DNA of 64,000 nucleotides from an uncultured bacterium. GTDB lineage: Bacteria > Bacteroidota > Ignavibacteria > UBA10030 > BY39. The stretch spans positions 6,302-70,301 of the forward strand of contig CALCJK010000013.1 of NCBI GenBank assembly GCA_937967455.1. The letters are read 5' to 3'. A program made the position numbers and the translations under genes. Each line of letters opens with the position of its first letter. Within the stretch, counting starts at the first letter, position 1. A model generated the notes under the pieces. That model ran no database searches. It had not been told where the DNA came from and worked only from the letters and a program-made list of their open reading frames with translations. Of this stretch, positions 37,654-48,987 are shown one piece after another.

Positions 37654-40287
37654 TTAAAATATACTTTGCGTTTCTATAAAATATTTTAAGAATACAAATG
37701 TAGATTTTGTATGTTCTAAATAACTGGCCGTAATGCCAGCAATTAATATAATAATTAGAAATCCCAATCCATAAACTTTGAAGGCTGAAACATCAAATAT
37801 AATTGAAATGCCTTTAAATAATCTAAATATCGAAATTATTAGTATTAATAATATTAATGCAAGTGAAATGTATAGATAAACGGGTTCAACTATAATTCTG
37901 TATAGTATCATTGCTAATGGTATAAGGACAATGGTTGGTACAAACGCCCAAATTGTAATTGAAAAAATATGATATAAGTATACCTTTATTCTAGTAAAAA
38001 GAGAAATTAATTTAACCAGCAACACAATTGTTATGAATTTTAAAAAAATTATTAAAGAGAAATGTATTATAAATTGTGTTGGATTCCATATAAGTTTCAC
38101 AATGTAAGTTTTTATTGCATCAGTTGAAATTTGTGTCAGTATATTATCAATAAAAAGATTGTACCGGAAATGCAAGGCAATACTAGAAATTAAAATTGCG
38201 AAATTTACTGAAAAAAGTAAAATTAGGAAAAATGTATGACTTGCTGGAATGATTCGTTGATCTCTTACATCTGCAAAAAAATTGTATGTTCTAAACATTG
38301 AACGATTAATATTTTCTCGAAACCTGCGATTACTGTTATAAAAGAAAGCAATTGAAATTAAAATAATTAATCCAAGAATTACATAAATCATCGGGGATGT
38401 TGGTGTGTAATTTCCCACAGGTATTGCAGTAATTTTCTCGTTATTGAATATATTGCGAATAACGTCATAAACTATCCTTTGCTGCCTATCGCTGCTAACC
38501 ATACCCATTGTTTTTAAGTAAGGATTATCTGAAGGAGCAATTAGAGAAGGTCTGTCAGAAAACCAATCGTTATATGTCCAGAATACGCCCCCAGAAAATT
38601 TTGACTCTTTTATTATGTTATACAATTGCCATGTATACCAGGCTTGATATTCAACAGAATTGGGATCACTATAACCATTTTTGTTCTCTGGATTAATTTC
38701 CTTGCCATATCTTCCAGCAATTATGATTTTGTCCTGATACTTCATTCTTAAATCTAATAACGTTGATTTTAAATTGCTGAAAGATTCATCGGGTCGGGGG
38801 TAAATGTTGAAAGCTAAAATGTCGAGCTCGGATTTAATTTTGCTTAGGTCCCAGTTTAATGGTGCTGAAAAGTAAACTGGTTTATCGTCAATATTTTTAA
38901 TAGTTGACCTTAACTGTGAAATATATTTCTTTGCGTTGGATTCTAACTTTTTGTTTAATTCAACTTCGTAACCTAAACCATATGCTAGGATTGAAACATT
39001 ATTTCTGTCTCTGTAAATTATATCTTTGATGTAACTTGAAGCTAAATCAACATAATATTCTTTTTCTAAAACACTGGCTGGGATTTGAATCATTGGAAGC
39101 TCTTCCATTACTAACAATCCGTATCTATCGCATAGGTTTATCAAATACGGATGAGGTGGATGAAGAAATCTGATTAAATTTGCACCTGTAGTTTTTATTT
39201 TGATTACATCCTTTTCCATTTGTTCGTATGTCAGTGCCGAAGCATAGAATGGATGTTGTTCAATGTAAAGAATACCATTTAGATAAATTGCTTTACCATT
39301 TAACAAGATATCAGAATCTTTTATGCGGAGTTCCTTAATTCCATAATTGAAAATGTACGCATCTAATGGTATTAAGTCTTTTCCATCAACTTTAAAGATA
39401 TTGCATTTTATAGTGTACAACTCAGGTGTTTCAGGCGACCAGAGTTTAGGATTTGGTATAGATAAATCTACAGAAATTTCTTTACTTTTTCTTCGTGGAA
39501 CATCAACAGGTATAAGATTGCTTTTACTAATTGCTACGTCACTAAATTTTTCGAAGATCTCAACTGAGTAGCCAATGTACGTGTTTTTTGATTTCTCCTC
39601 ATCTGGCAGAGCAAAACCTGAGTTTTCTATCAAAGATTTGATTCTTAGTTTAGCATTTTTATAATCTGAAGAAATTTCCAATTTAACTAGAGGGTCGCTT
39701 ATATAAATTTTAGGTGTTGCTAACAAATAAATATCTCTAAAAATACCACCATAATTTTTCCAGCCGATCACTTGATGGCGCAATGGAATAGTTGATTTAG
39801 TGTTTAATTCATTATTAACTATAATTTTAATTGTATTTTCATTGCCGATTTGTAAAATATTTTCTCTGATTGTAGAAACAAATGAAGAGTAACCTCCAAT
39901 GTGCCTTGTGATAAAATTACCGTTGATGTTTATTTCGCATTGATAATTGATACCATAAGCTACAAGAGAGAAATTATATTGTTCAAGCATTTCTTTTTTA
40001 ATTTCAAACTTTCTCTGGAAGATTATTTCTCCTTCATAGTCATAAGCAGATGGTATTTGAATATTTTGCCAGGATCTACCTTCAATTATATATTGCCAGT
40101 ATCCAGATAAGTCAATTTTTATACGTGTTGGTGAATCTGCAAACATTCCTGCATCGGGTCCAGCAAAAGTGGGTTGACCGTTTTCATAGAACTTTATTGG
40201 ATTGCTCTGGAATATTTGTGCCTCGCTGTGAAATGTATTAAGGATAAAAAGAAAATATGTTATAAAAGAATATAAAAACTTGCCCAA
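37654..40287 (-). CDS. secreted glycoside hydrolase family 2-like protein fused to a C-terminal polytopic membrane domain
   Basis: 877 aa. Signal peptide. GH2 sugar-binding/N-terminal domain features and a TIM-barrel region (HPPHPYLINLCDRYGLLVMEELP). The last ~250 aa contain 5-6 predicted TM helices. Confidence 0.6.
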   Translation of the reverse strand: MGKFLYSFITYFLFILNTFHSEAQIFQSNPIKFYENGQPTFAGPDAGMFADSPTRIKIDLSGYWQYIIEGRSWQNIQIPSAYDYEGEIIFQRKFEIKKEMLEQYNFSLVAYGINYQCEININGNFITRHIGGYSSFVSTIRENILQIGNENTIKIIVNNELNTKSTIPLRHQVIGWKNYGGIFRDIYLLATPKIYISDPLVKLEISSDYKNAKLRIKSLIENSGFALPDEEKSKNTYIGYSVEIFEKFSDVAISKSNLIPVDVPRRKSKEISVDLSIPNPKLWSPETPELYTIKCNIFKVDGKDLIPLDAYIFNYGIKELRIKDSDILLNGKAIYLNGILYIEQHPFYASALTYEQMEKDVIKIKTTGANLIRFLHPPHPYLINLCDRYGLLVMEELPMIQIPASVLEKEYYVDLASSYIKDIIYRDRNNVSILAYGLGYEVELNKKLESNAKKYISQLRSTIKNIDDKPVYFSAPLNWDLSKIKSELDILAFNIYPRPDESFSNLKSTLLDLRMKYQDKIIIAGRYGKEINPENKNGYSDPNSVEYQAWYTWQLYNIIKESKFSGGVFWTYNDWFSDRPSLIAPSDNPYLKTMGMVSSDRQQRIVYDVIRNIFNNEKITAIPVGNYTPTSPMIYVILGLIILISIAFFYNSNRRFRENINRSMFRTYNFFADVRDQRIIPASHTFFLILLFSVNFAILISSIALHFRYNLFIDNILTQISTDAIKTYIVKLIWNPTQFIIHFSLIIFLKFITIVLLVKLISLFTRIKVYLYHIFSITIWAFVPTIVLIPLAMILYRIIVEPVYLYISLALILLILIISIFRLFKGISIIFDVSAFKVYGLGFLIIILIAGITASYLEHTKSTFVFLKYFIETQSIF

Positions 40288-40455
40288 TTCAAATCCTTAT
40301 GGTATGAATATTTATGGAGGTAATCATTAAAATATTGTAAAAAAAAGTAATTTTCGCATAAAATATAATAAATTTTTTAGCGGAAAGCAATTTAAGCACA
40401 AAAAATGCCTTAAAATAGCCAGAAAAAGAAAATTTAGGGGAAATTGGATATTAGC

Positions 40456-41193
40456 TTATGGACTATTTAATTCAACCCAGTTTTCTAATGTTCCAGTGTT
40501 TATAAATGTGTCCCCACTACATCTTAATGTATCTGTATCTCTTTCTTCTTTTGTAATGATCAAATCAGAACGTGAGTTAACACCGCGTAATTTATAAATT
40601 TGAAAAATTGAATCAGATATAACATCAAAATACGAGATTAATTTCCAGCCATTAGGAGTATTGACGCCTATTGCAATGTCCGACATTGTTTGAGAGCCGA
40701 TATGTGTTCCAATTTGTTTCCCAGCATTTAGCATGTCTCCAACTTTGAGCGAATCGCTTATATTGATATGGAAAATTATAAAATAGAATGCAGGGAATTC
40801 ATTTGACTTGATATGCATTTGCGTGCCAGCCCATTCTTGGTATATTTTAAAAATTTTCCCGTTTATAGGTGAAAAGATTTTGATACTTGACCAATCAATA
40901 TCGCTTTTTGGTAAAAAGTAGTGTTTCATACTTCTACATGATTCAAAGTCATCGGAGTAATCGTGTCCAATTGAGGAGCGAAATTTTGAGATACGATAAA
41001 TTTTATCGAGCTCAATGTAATCTGAGTTCACAAATTTAGGGATACCATTTTTATCAATATCATATTTATCTTCCTGAACTTCTGCAGGAGTTATGTTTTC
41101 TTTATTGCAGGATAGAAAGAAATGTAGAATAAAAATTAAAAGGGAAGACCTTATTAGAGTTTTGTTAATAATTTTGAGTAGTTTAATCATCAA
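40456..41193 (-). CDS. hypothetical lipoprotein
   Basis: 245 aa. Signal peptide with lipobox-like FLSC. No recognisable catalytic motif. Confidence 0.5.
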   Translation of the reverse strand: MMIKLLKIINKTLIRSSLLIFILHFFLSCNKENITPAEVQEDKYDIDKNGIPKFVNSDYIELDKIYRISKFRSSIGHDYSDDFESCRSMKHYFLPKSDIDWSSIKIFSPINGKIFKIYQEWAGTQMHIKSNEFPAFYFIIFHINISDSLKVGDMLNAGKQIGTHIGSQTMSDIAIGVNTPNGWKLISYFDVISDSIFQIYKLRGVNSRSDLIITKEERDTDTLRCSGDTFINTGTLENWVELNSP

Positions 41194-41286
41194 TTACTGG
41201 TGTTTATTGTATTAGTCTATTTAAAATTAATTATATTCTGGTGAAAAGTCAAATGAATTACGGTGAGAGGATATATATATAAAATT

Positions 41287-41314
41287 TTGACTTTATTCAA
41301 AATATTTGTAGATT
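41287..41314 (+). promoter_or_regulatory. sigma-70-like promoter candidate upstream of rplU-rpmA
   Basis: TTGACT (41287-41292), 16 nt spacer, TAGATT (41309-41314), ~45 nt before the rplU RBS AAGGA. Confidence 0.35.
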
Positions 41315-41361
41315 TAAGCAATTCAGAGTAAGTTTTTCACTTAATTTAAGGAATTGTTCAA

Positions 41362-41679
41362 ATGTACGCAGTTGTAGAAATAGCGGGACAACAGTTTAAA
41401 GTTAGTCCTAAAGCAAAGTTATATGTCCCAAAATTAACTAAATCGGTTGGTGATAATTTAAAAATTGATAAGGTATTACTGTTTTCTGACGGAAAAGAAA
41501 CTAAAATTGGTAACCCTGTTCTAAAAGGTGTAAATGTTGAAGCGCAAGTACTTGGACACGAAAAGGATGATACTGTAATTGTCTTTAAGAAAAAGCGCCG
41601 TAAAGGTTATCGAGTTCGTCGTGGTCATCGACAGCAATATACAAGAATCGAGATAACAAAATTAGAGAAGGAGAAGTAG
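41362..41679 (+). CDS. rplU: 50S ribosomal protein L21
   Basis: [14 protein letters not shown] is a canonical L21 N-terminus. 105 aa. Confidence 0.95.
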   Translation: MYAVVEIAGQQFKVSPKAKLYVPKLTKSVGDNLKIDKVLLFSDGKETKIGNPVLKGVNVEAQVLGHEKDDTVIVFKKKRRKGYRVRRGHRQQYTRIEITKLEKEK

Positions 41680-41680
41680 T

Positions 41681-41935
41681 ATGGCACATAAAAAAGGTGG
41701 TGGAAGTTCCCGAAACGGTCGTGATAGTAATGCACAGCGTCTTGGAGTTAAAAGGTTTGGTGGCGAGAGAGTTAGCGCTGGTAGTATAATTGTTCGTCAG
41801 CGGGGCACTAAGTTTTTACCCGGTGAAAATGTTGGGCTCGGCTCTGATGATACAATTTTTGCGCTCACTGATGGTGTAGTAAAATTTGAGCGTCTCGGGA
41901 AAACCCGAAAAATGGTAAGTGTTGTACCTGCTTAA
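41681..41935 (+). CDS. rpmA: 50S ribosomal protein L27
   Basis: [28 protein letters not shown] is a canonical L27. 84 aa. Confidence 0.95.
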   Translation: MAHKKGGGSSRNGRDSNAQRLGVKRFGGERVSAGSIIVRQRGTKFLPGENVGLGSDDTIFALTDGVVKFERLGKTRKMVSVVPA

Positions 41936-41965
41936 AAAAATCAAGAATATCTGTTCTCAATATAA

Positions 41966-42021
41966 CCCGGAAAGAATCAGTTCTTAAAAATGAACTTATC
42001 TATTTCGGGTTTTTTGTTTTT
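41966..42021 (+). terminator. rho-independent terminator candidate after rpmA
   Basis: CCCGGAAA...TTTCGGG stem (one bulged G) enclosing an inner AAGAA/TTCTT hairpin, followed by TTTTTTGTTTTT. Confidence 0.45.
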
Positions 42022-42036
42022 ATAGATCATAATTAA

Positions 42037-42999
<963 letters not shown>

Positions 43000-43018
43000 T
43001 TAAAAGTCAATTTTGAGT

Positions 43019-43066
43019 AAAGAGCTGGTATCATTTTGATAATATACCAGCTCTTTTTATTTTTTA
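43019..43066 (+). terminator. rho-independent terminator after mdh
   Basis: Perfect 13 bp stem AAAGAGCTGGTAT / ATACCAGCTCTTT with a 12 nt loop, followed by TTTTTATTTTTT. Confidence 0.85.
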
Positions 43067-43085
43067 CGTTAATGAAAGTCTAAAA

Positions 43086-44954
43086 ATGAATTCATGTATA
43101 AAAAATCTATTATTCTTTTTGTTGATACCAGATTTGTTTTTTGCGCAAGTAAGGCACGATTTTTTTATTCCGTTATCAACAGGTGACAGCTTGGATGCAA
43201 CTTATTTTGTACCTGTTGCGTCACCCCCAACAAGTGGTTATCCTGCACAGATATTTGTGCATGGGTTTGGACAGAATAAAAATAGTGATACTGCATCTGC
43301 TCGAATATATGCATATAGTAACTTTTTTGCCCTCTGCTACTCTGTTCGAGGTCATGGACAATCTTCTGGGCTATCTACTATTATGTCCAACAGGGAAAGG
43401 CAGGATTTAAAGGAAGTGATACAATTTGTAGAAAATCTAGCTTTCGTGGATTCTAATTCAATTGGTGTAATTGGAGGCTCGCAAGGTGGTTTGCACGCAC
43501 TCTGGTCTATTGCTGATTCCATTTCGAATTGTGCTATTGCAGATGTAATTCTACCAAATTGGGCATCCAACCTTTTTACTCAGGGAGCAATTAAAAGAAT
43601 GTTTGGAGTTATACTAAAAAATTTTCAGGTTAGATATCATCCTGTAAGAGATACATTGTGGAACCTTCTCTCACGAGATAATTATGATTCTCTTATCACA
43701 ATATTCCCAATCAATCGTGATTTGAGTTTATTAGAATTTCAAAATAAAAATATACCGCTAATGCTTATGTTGAAATACCAGGATCATTATTTCGAAGCAA
43801 AAGATGGAATAAATTTCTTCACCCAATATGATGGTATTAAAAAATTGTATCTCGGCACTGGTGGACATTTTTCTGATTCAATAGAAGAAGAATGGTACTA
43901 TCAATTTTCATGGATAACTAATTGGTTCAATCAATTCTTAAAAAATATTAATACTGGGATACTCGATTTACCTGTCTATACTTACGCTTATTCTCAATTA
44001 CCAATGGATTCTGCCGGTTACTTTTCATGGGTGAGAAACGAAGTCAATGAACTTCCTTTTAACCAGATAGTATATCATAGATTTTATTTCCATTCCGATA
44101 GTACTATCAAATATTCTTATCCAATCTCCACAGATTTTTATTTTTCGTTATTAAATAAATACAAGGATACTAACTATAATTTTGAGACAGCTTATGCTGA
44201 CAATTTTATTGGTGCAAGATTTGATTCTGCTTTCGAGAAAAACACAATTACATTCATTTCTGATTCGCTTAATGAAGATGTGGTTATGTTCGGTGTTCCT
44301 AAAGCTAAATTATTTTTTATACCAAATACAGATAAAATACCAATTAATTTGCAGATATATGAACAGGATTCTTTAAATTACAAATACTTTTTAACCAGAA
44401 TTAATTATGTTGGTAGAAGTTTAGAAAATGGAATATTATATAATGTTGAAATCAATGGTAATTTTTATTCTCATAAATTCAAAAAAGGTAACAGAATACG
44501 CATTGAAATTACCAATATAGATAAAACAAACAGATTGGTTTTTGGAAAATATCCATTCGTTTTTCCTGTGTTTAAAAGCTCGGAGACTTTAATTGCTGCA
44601 AATTTAAACTACGCATCATATATTGAATTGCCCCTTTTGAAAACGGATTATATACTCAGAATTGAAGATGGAATAATTTCAAATTATGAACTCAATCAAA
44701 ATTATCCCAATCCATTCAACTCCGAAACGAGTATAGAATATTCAATAAAGAATGATGCTAATATAAATTTAACAGTTTTTGATATACTTGGGAGAGAAAT
44801 TAAAGTTTTGTTTTCGGGTAGCCAGAAATCTGGGAAATACAGGGCCACATTTAATGCCAAAAATCTATCAAGTGGCATATATTTTTATAAATTAGAGGTA
44901 ACTGATCAAAGCAATAAGTTGGTTCTTATGAAGAAAATGCTGCTTATAAAGTAG
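43086..44954 (+). CDS. secreted alpha/beta hydrolase (CocE/NonD, X-Pro dipeptidyl-peptidase S15-like) with type IX secretion C-terminal sorting domain
   Basis: 622 aa. Signal peptide. IFVHGFGQNK...RGHGQSSG hydrolase core. C-terminal ~80 aa NYPNPFNSETSIEY...SGIYFYKLEV is a Por/T9SS CTD. Confidence 0.75.
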   Translation: MNSCIKNLLFFLLIPDLFFAQVRHDFFIPLSTGDSLDATYFVPVASPPTSGYPAQIFVHGFGQNKNSDTASARIYAYSNFFALCYSVRGHGQSSGLSTIMSNRERQDLKEVIQFVENLAFVDSNSIGVIGGSQGGLHALWSIADSISNCAIADVILPNWASNLFTQGAIKRMFGVILKNFQVRYHPVRDTLWNLLSRDNYDSLITIFPINRDLSLLEFQNKNIPLMLMLKYQDHYFEAKDGINFFTQYDGIKKLYLGTGGHFSDSIEEEWYYQFSWITNWFNQFLKNINTGILDLPVYTYAYSQLPMDSAGYFSWVRNEVNELPFNQIVYHRFYFHSDSTIKYSYPISTDFYFSLLNKYKDTNYNFETAYADNFIGARFDSAFEKNTITFISDSLNEDVVMFGVPKAKLFFIPNTDKIPINLQIYEQDSLNYKYFLTRINYVGRSLENGILYNVEINGNFYSHKFKKGNRIRIEITNIDKTNRLVFGKYPFVFPVFKSSETLIAANLNYASYIELPLLKTDYILRIEDGIISNYELNQNYPNPFNSETSIEYSIKNDANINLTVFDILGREIKVLFSGSQKSGKYRATFNAKNLSSGIYFYKLEVTDQSNKLVLMKKMLLIK

Positions 44955-44970
44955 AATTTGTAATAAAAAC

Positions 44971-45000
44971 TTGACAAGCTCAATTTTTTTTCAGTATATT
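44971..45000 (+). promoter_or_regulatory. sigma-70-like promoter candidate for the TPR gene
   Basis: TTGACA (44971-44976), 18 nt spacer, TATATT (44995-45000), 37 nt upstream of the ATG. Confidence 0.35.
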
Positions 45001-45037
45001 ATATAAAAAATTGGTAATATAAAGTGAGTAAATAAAT

Positions 45038-46447
45038 ATGGATATGGATGATTTTAATGAGTTCGATGATTTTGATGATTTTGAGGATTCGAACCCGGAG
45101 AATAGTAAAAGTTTACGCGAAAAGATAAAAGATGGTAGTGGTAAGCTTGATCTTGAAACTCTCGAAAATATCGTCAAATTCTTTTTAGAAGAGGGCGATT
45201 TTGAGAACGCTCTCTTTTATAATGAGATGTTATTAGAAAAGAGTCCTTATGATTTTGATGCCTGGGCAACTAAAGGTGATTTGAATTATTATCTTAAGCG
45301 TTTTAAACAGGCACTTGATGCGTACAATCAAGCATTACAAATTGATCCTACTGATATTGACATATTGTTGCAAAAATCTTTAGTACTCGAAAATTTAAGA
45401 AGATACGATGAAGCTCTTGCCTGTCTGGATATGGCTCTGGAACAGGAAGGTGATAATACAAATATTATGCTTTCCAAAGCTTATATATATGAAAAACTTA
45501 AACAATACAATGATGCTATTAAGACGTTGTTTAATATTTTGAATTTTGAGCCTGGAAATGCTACTGTCTATTATGAATTAGGCTACTGTTATGATATGCT
45601 CGATAAATTAGATGAGGCGATTTATTACTATCAAAAAAGTCTTGATTTTGATCCATTTAATTTAAATGCCTGGGACAATTGTGGAGATGTATATAAAAGA
45701 ATTGGAAACTTTGTAAGAGCCCTTGATTGCTACGATATGGTAATTTCTTTAGATAAAGAATTTCCCGAGGCTTGGCAAAATAAAGCAGAAGTATTACTTA
45801 TTATTGGTCGATTTGTTGAAGCAAAAGAATGTTATGAACAAAGTATAATGTTTAAACCTGTTAATTTTATTATTTGGCAAGACCTTGGGTATGTAAATAG
45901 AATGTTAAATGAAATAGAGGATGCAATTTTCTGTTACAGCAAAGCAATTGAGGTTGCTCCAGAATATTATGATGTATATATAGATAGAGCTGAGTGTTAT
46001 AAAATTTTAAAACAATATAAAAAAGCTCTTAGAGATTTTAATAAAGCAATAAAATTTAATTTCGATGATCAGACATTATGGTACGAAAGAGCAGAAATAT
46101 TATATAAACTTGGTCGTTGGAAAGAATCAGTTAGTAGTTACATGATGGCGTCCCTGCTTGATCCAGATAATTATGAAATTTGTTTTAAGATAGCTGAAAT
46201 ATCGTTAGAGCATGGTGATTATGAGCAAGCTCTTCGTAATTATGATAATTGCATTGAGCTAAAACCAGACTTTTCAAAAGCTTATTACGGTAAAGCTAAA
46301 GCGCTTTTCATGATGCATAAATTAAATGAGGGTATTGAAGCCCTAAAAATTTCGTTCCAGCTAAACCCTGAGCAAAGGAAAGTTTTCGAATCAGAATTCC
46401 CCGGTGTAAAATCCCTCAAACAGCTTTTACTACTTCTTAAAAAATAA
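45038..46447 (+). CDS. tetratricopeptide repeat protein with acidic N-terminus
   Basis: 469 aa. N-terminal MDMDDFNEFDDFDDFED, then ~12 TPR units (A...Y..A...P pattern recurring every 34 aa). Confidence 0.75.
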   Translation: MDMDDFNEFDDFDDFEDSNPENSKSLREKIKDGSGKLDLETLENIVKFFLEEGDFENALFYNEMLLEKSPYDFDAWATKGDLNYYLKRFKQALDAYNQALQIDPTDIDILLQKSLVLENLRRYDEALACLDMALEQEGDNTNIMLSKAYIYEKLKQYNDAIKTLFNILNFEPGNATVYYELGYCYDMLDKLDEAIYYYQKSLDFDPFNLNAWDNCGDVYKRIGNFVRALDCYDMVISLDKEFPEAWQNKAEVLLIIGRFVEAKECYEQSIMFKPVNFIIWQDLGYVNRMLNEIEDAIFCYSKAIEVAPEYYDVYIDRAECYKILKQYKKALRDFNKAIKFNFDDQTLWYERAEILYKLGRWKESVSSYMMASLLDPDNYEICFKIAEISLEHGDYEQALRNYDNCIELKPDFSKAYYGKAKALFMMHKLNEGIEALKISFQLNPEQRKVFESEFPGVKSLKQLLLLLKK

Positions 46448-46450
46448 ATT

Positions 46451-47293
46451 ATGGATCAAAACCTACATTCTAAATATATCCAGTTGCAGTTTATTTTATA
46501 TGAAATGGAAAGTATAGTTGTTGGTTATTCTGGTGGTGTGGATAGCACTTTATTATTAAAAGTTGCGGTTGATACATTAGGTCCAAATGCTATTGCTGTG
46601 ATTGGTAAATCTGAAACATATCCTTCTCGTGAATACGAGGAAGCCGAAAAGTTTGTTAAGAGTCTTGGAGCAAAATATAAAGTTGTTTATACAAATGAGA
46701 CCGATAATTTAAAATTTAAGGAAAATCCTCCCGATCGGTGTTATTATTGTAAAACTGAACTATTCACCAAACTTACAGAAATTGCCAGAAAAGAAAATAT
46801 AAAATGGATTGCAGACGGAACAAACGTAGACGATTTAAATGATTTTAGACCTGGCTTAAAAGCTGTTAAAGAAAAGAATGTGCGCTCACCATTACTTGAA
46901 GCTGGCTTCACGAAAAATGACATCAGAGAACTCTCAAAGATTTTAAATCTTCCAACCTGGGATAAACAATCGTTTGCTTGCTTATCATCTCGCTTCCCTT
47001 ATGGTACTAAAATTGAACCTGAAAAACTTAAAAAGATAGATATTGCTGAAACATTTTTGAGAGATAATGGATTTAAGTATTTTAGGGTTAGACATCATGA
47101 TGATAAAACTTTGAGAATAGAAGTTAGCAAGAAAGAATTAGATCGCTTTTTAGATGAGAAATTCAGAAATATTTTAATTCAGAAGTTTAAAGAACTTGGA
47201 TATGTTTATATCACACTGGATCTTGAGGGTTTTAGATCAGGTTCGATGAACGAAGTGTTGGATGAAGCTGTTAAGAAAAAATTTCAAGCTTAA
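46451..47293 (+). CDS. PP-loop ATP pyrophosphatase, LarE-like (TIGR00268 family) sacrificial sulfur transferase candidate
   Basis: 280 aa. PP-loop YSGGVDS. The CYYCK motif and ~270 aa length fit LarE/TIGR00268. No larB or larC nearby. Confidence 0.6.
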   Translation: MDQNLHSKYIQLQFILYEMESIVVGYSGGVDSTLLLKVAVDTLGPNAIAVIGKSETYPSREYEEAEKFVKSLGAKYKVVYTNETDNLKFKENPPDRCYYCKTELFTKLTEIARKENIKWIADGTNVDDLNDFRPGLKAVKEKNVRSPLLEAGFTKNDIRELSKILNLPTWDKQSFACLSSRFPYGTKIEPEKLKKIDIAETFLRDNGFKYFRVRHHDDKTLRIEVSKKELDRFLDEKFRNILIQKFKELGYVYITLDLEGFRSGSMNEVLDEAVKKKFQA

Positions 47294-48987
47294 TGTCCAT
47301 TTATAGATATTTCTACAGCACCCAGTTTGGATTTTAATTCCTTTATTATTTGGTGTTCTTCTTGAGCCGGTTTTTCCATTTCTGGTTCAACTTCTTTCTG
47401 TAACGAATTATCAATAATTGCCTCCAGTTTTAATTTTGCACCGTATATATTTTGTGCTAATTCTGTAAGGTATTTTTTATTCTGTTGTATAAAGTCAAGT
47501 TGTGAGGCGTTCATGCATGAAATTTTTAAAACTCCATTTGTAGAATCAACTAATTTTGCAGCACTTAATACATTTTTAAAGAATACCCTGCCATTTCCAG
47601 CTACCTGAACTACATTCTGCCACTTCTCTATTGCTGTTTCAATTGGAATGTTTAACGGGTTGTATGTGGAGAGAATATTTTGTGAATCTTTAACAATACC
47701 TTTGAGTGGTATCTTATTAATATCGCTTAGATTATTATTTTCGGGTTTGTCCTGTATTAATGGTTTTACTACATTAAAGTTACTCGTCCCGGAATAACTC
47801 GTAGGCAACGATGCACTAACGCTTCCCTCTAATTTTATACCGTTACTGAACTTTTTTTTTAACTCCTGAATATGACTCAATAGTTTTTCTATTTCTACAG
47901 AGTTATCAAGCTTTGTCATCTGAACAAGAGCTAATTCTAATTTATATCTCGGCTGTATGTCCCATTTTATGCTGTTCTGAACCTCAGTTACGATTTTTAT
48001 TAGCCTTAAAATATCATTCTCCTTGAAGTGCTTTGCATCTTCTGAATATCTTTTTTTATAAATTTCAGAAACTTCAATTAAATTAGTCGAACCTGTAGCT
48101 ATCACAATTATAATATTTCTTAGGTGTTCAGCCAAACCCGAAAGATATTCTTTTATATCATAACCATGCGTTATAATCTCATCTACAAGTATTATTGCAG
48201 ATTTGGTATCTTTATTTTTTATTATATCTGTTGTCTTGAAGAAAATTTCCTGATCTACTAATCCTAATGCTTGAATTGTGCTTTTAGTATCAATTTCATC
48301 TCCACAGAAGGATACAACCTGATCAAATATACTCTGTGCATCTCGCATTGAACCGTCGCCTTTTTTGGCAATAATTAGCAGGGCATCATCTTCTATTTTA
48401 ATTTTTTCCGTTCTTGCAATTAGCTGGAGGTGCTTCATTATCTCTTCTGTTGAAATTCTTCTAAAATCGAAACGCTGGCATCGAGATAAGATTGTTGCTG
48501 GTACTTTATAGATTTCTGTTGTTGCAAATATAAAAATTACATGAGGGGGAGGTTCCTCGAGTGTTTTTAACAAAGCATTGAAAGCCTCTTTTGTAAGCAT
48601 GTGAACTTCATCAATAACATATACTTTGTACTTATTTTTTGAAGGGACATATTTTACAGATTCGCGCAAGTTTCTAATTTCTTCAATTCCACGATTTGAT
48701 GCCCCGTCTATTTCAAGTACATCCATATTTCTGCCCTCAGTGATCTCCAAACATATTTCGCATTCATTATCAGGATTAAAATCTTTTGGATTCAAGCAAT
48801 TGATAGCCTTAGCAAGAATTCTTGCTGTTGTGGTTTTCCCAACTCCTCTTGGACCACTGAAAAGATATGCATGCGAAATACGATTCCGCGCAATCGCGTT
48901 TCGAAGAGTAGTTGTTATATGTTCCTGTCCAACTACATCCTCAAATTTTAATGGACGCCACTTTCTTGCTGTAACTAAATATTTCAT
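47290..48987 (-). CDS. dnaX: DNA polymerase III subunit gamma/tau
   Basis: 565 aa. KWRPLKFEDVVGQEHI...GPRGVGKTT AAA+ clamp-loader N-terminus. Zn module CLNPKDFNPDNECEIC. Confidence 0.9.
   Translation of the reverse strand: MKYLVTARKWRPLKFEDVVGQEHITTTLRNAIARNRISHAYLFSGPRGVGKTTTARILAKAINCLNPKDFNPDNECEICLEITEGRNMDVLEIDGASNRGIEEIRNLRESVKYVPSKNKYKVYVIDEVHMLTKEAFNALLKTLEEPPPHVIFIFATTEIYKVPATILSRCQRFDFRRISTEEIMKHLQLIARTEKIKIEDDALLIIAKKGDGSMRDAQSIFDQVVSFCGDEIDTKSTIQALGLVDQEIFFKTTDIIKNKDTKSAIILVDEIITHGYDIKEYLSGLAEHLRNIIIVIATGSTNLIEVSEIYKKRYSEDAKHFKENDILRLIKIVTEVQNSIKWDIQPRYKLELALVQMTKLDNSVEIEKLLSHIQELKKKFSNGIKLEGSVSASLPTSYSGTSNFNVVKPLIQDKPENNNLSDINKIPLKGIVKDSQNILSTYNPLNIPIETAIEKWQNVVQVAGNGRVFFKNVLSAAKLVDSTNGVLKISCMNASQLDFIQQNKKYLTELAQNIYGAKLKLEAIIDNSLQKEVEPEMEKPAQEEHQIIKELKSKLGAVEISINGH

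Noticed and set aside
45085-45098. tRNA T-arm-like string GGATTCGAACCCGG
   Set aside because: It lies inside the TPR ORF coding EDSNPEN. No acceptor or anticodon arms can be built around it. No tRNA, rRNA or CRISPR repeats were found anywhere in the window.
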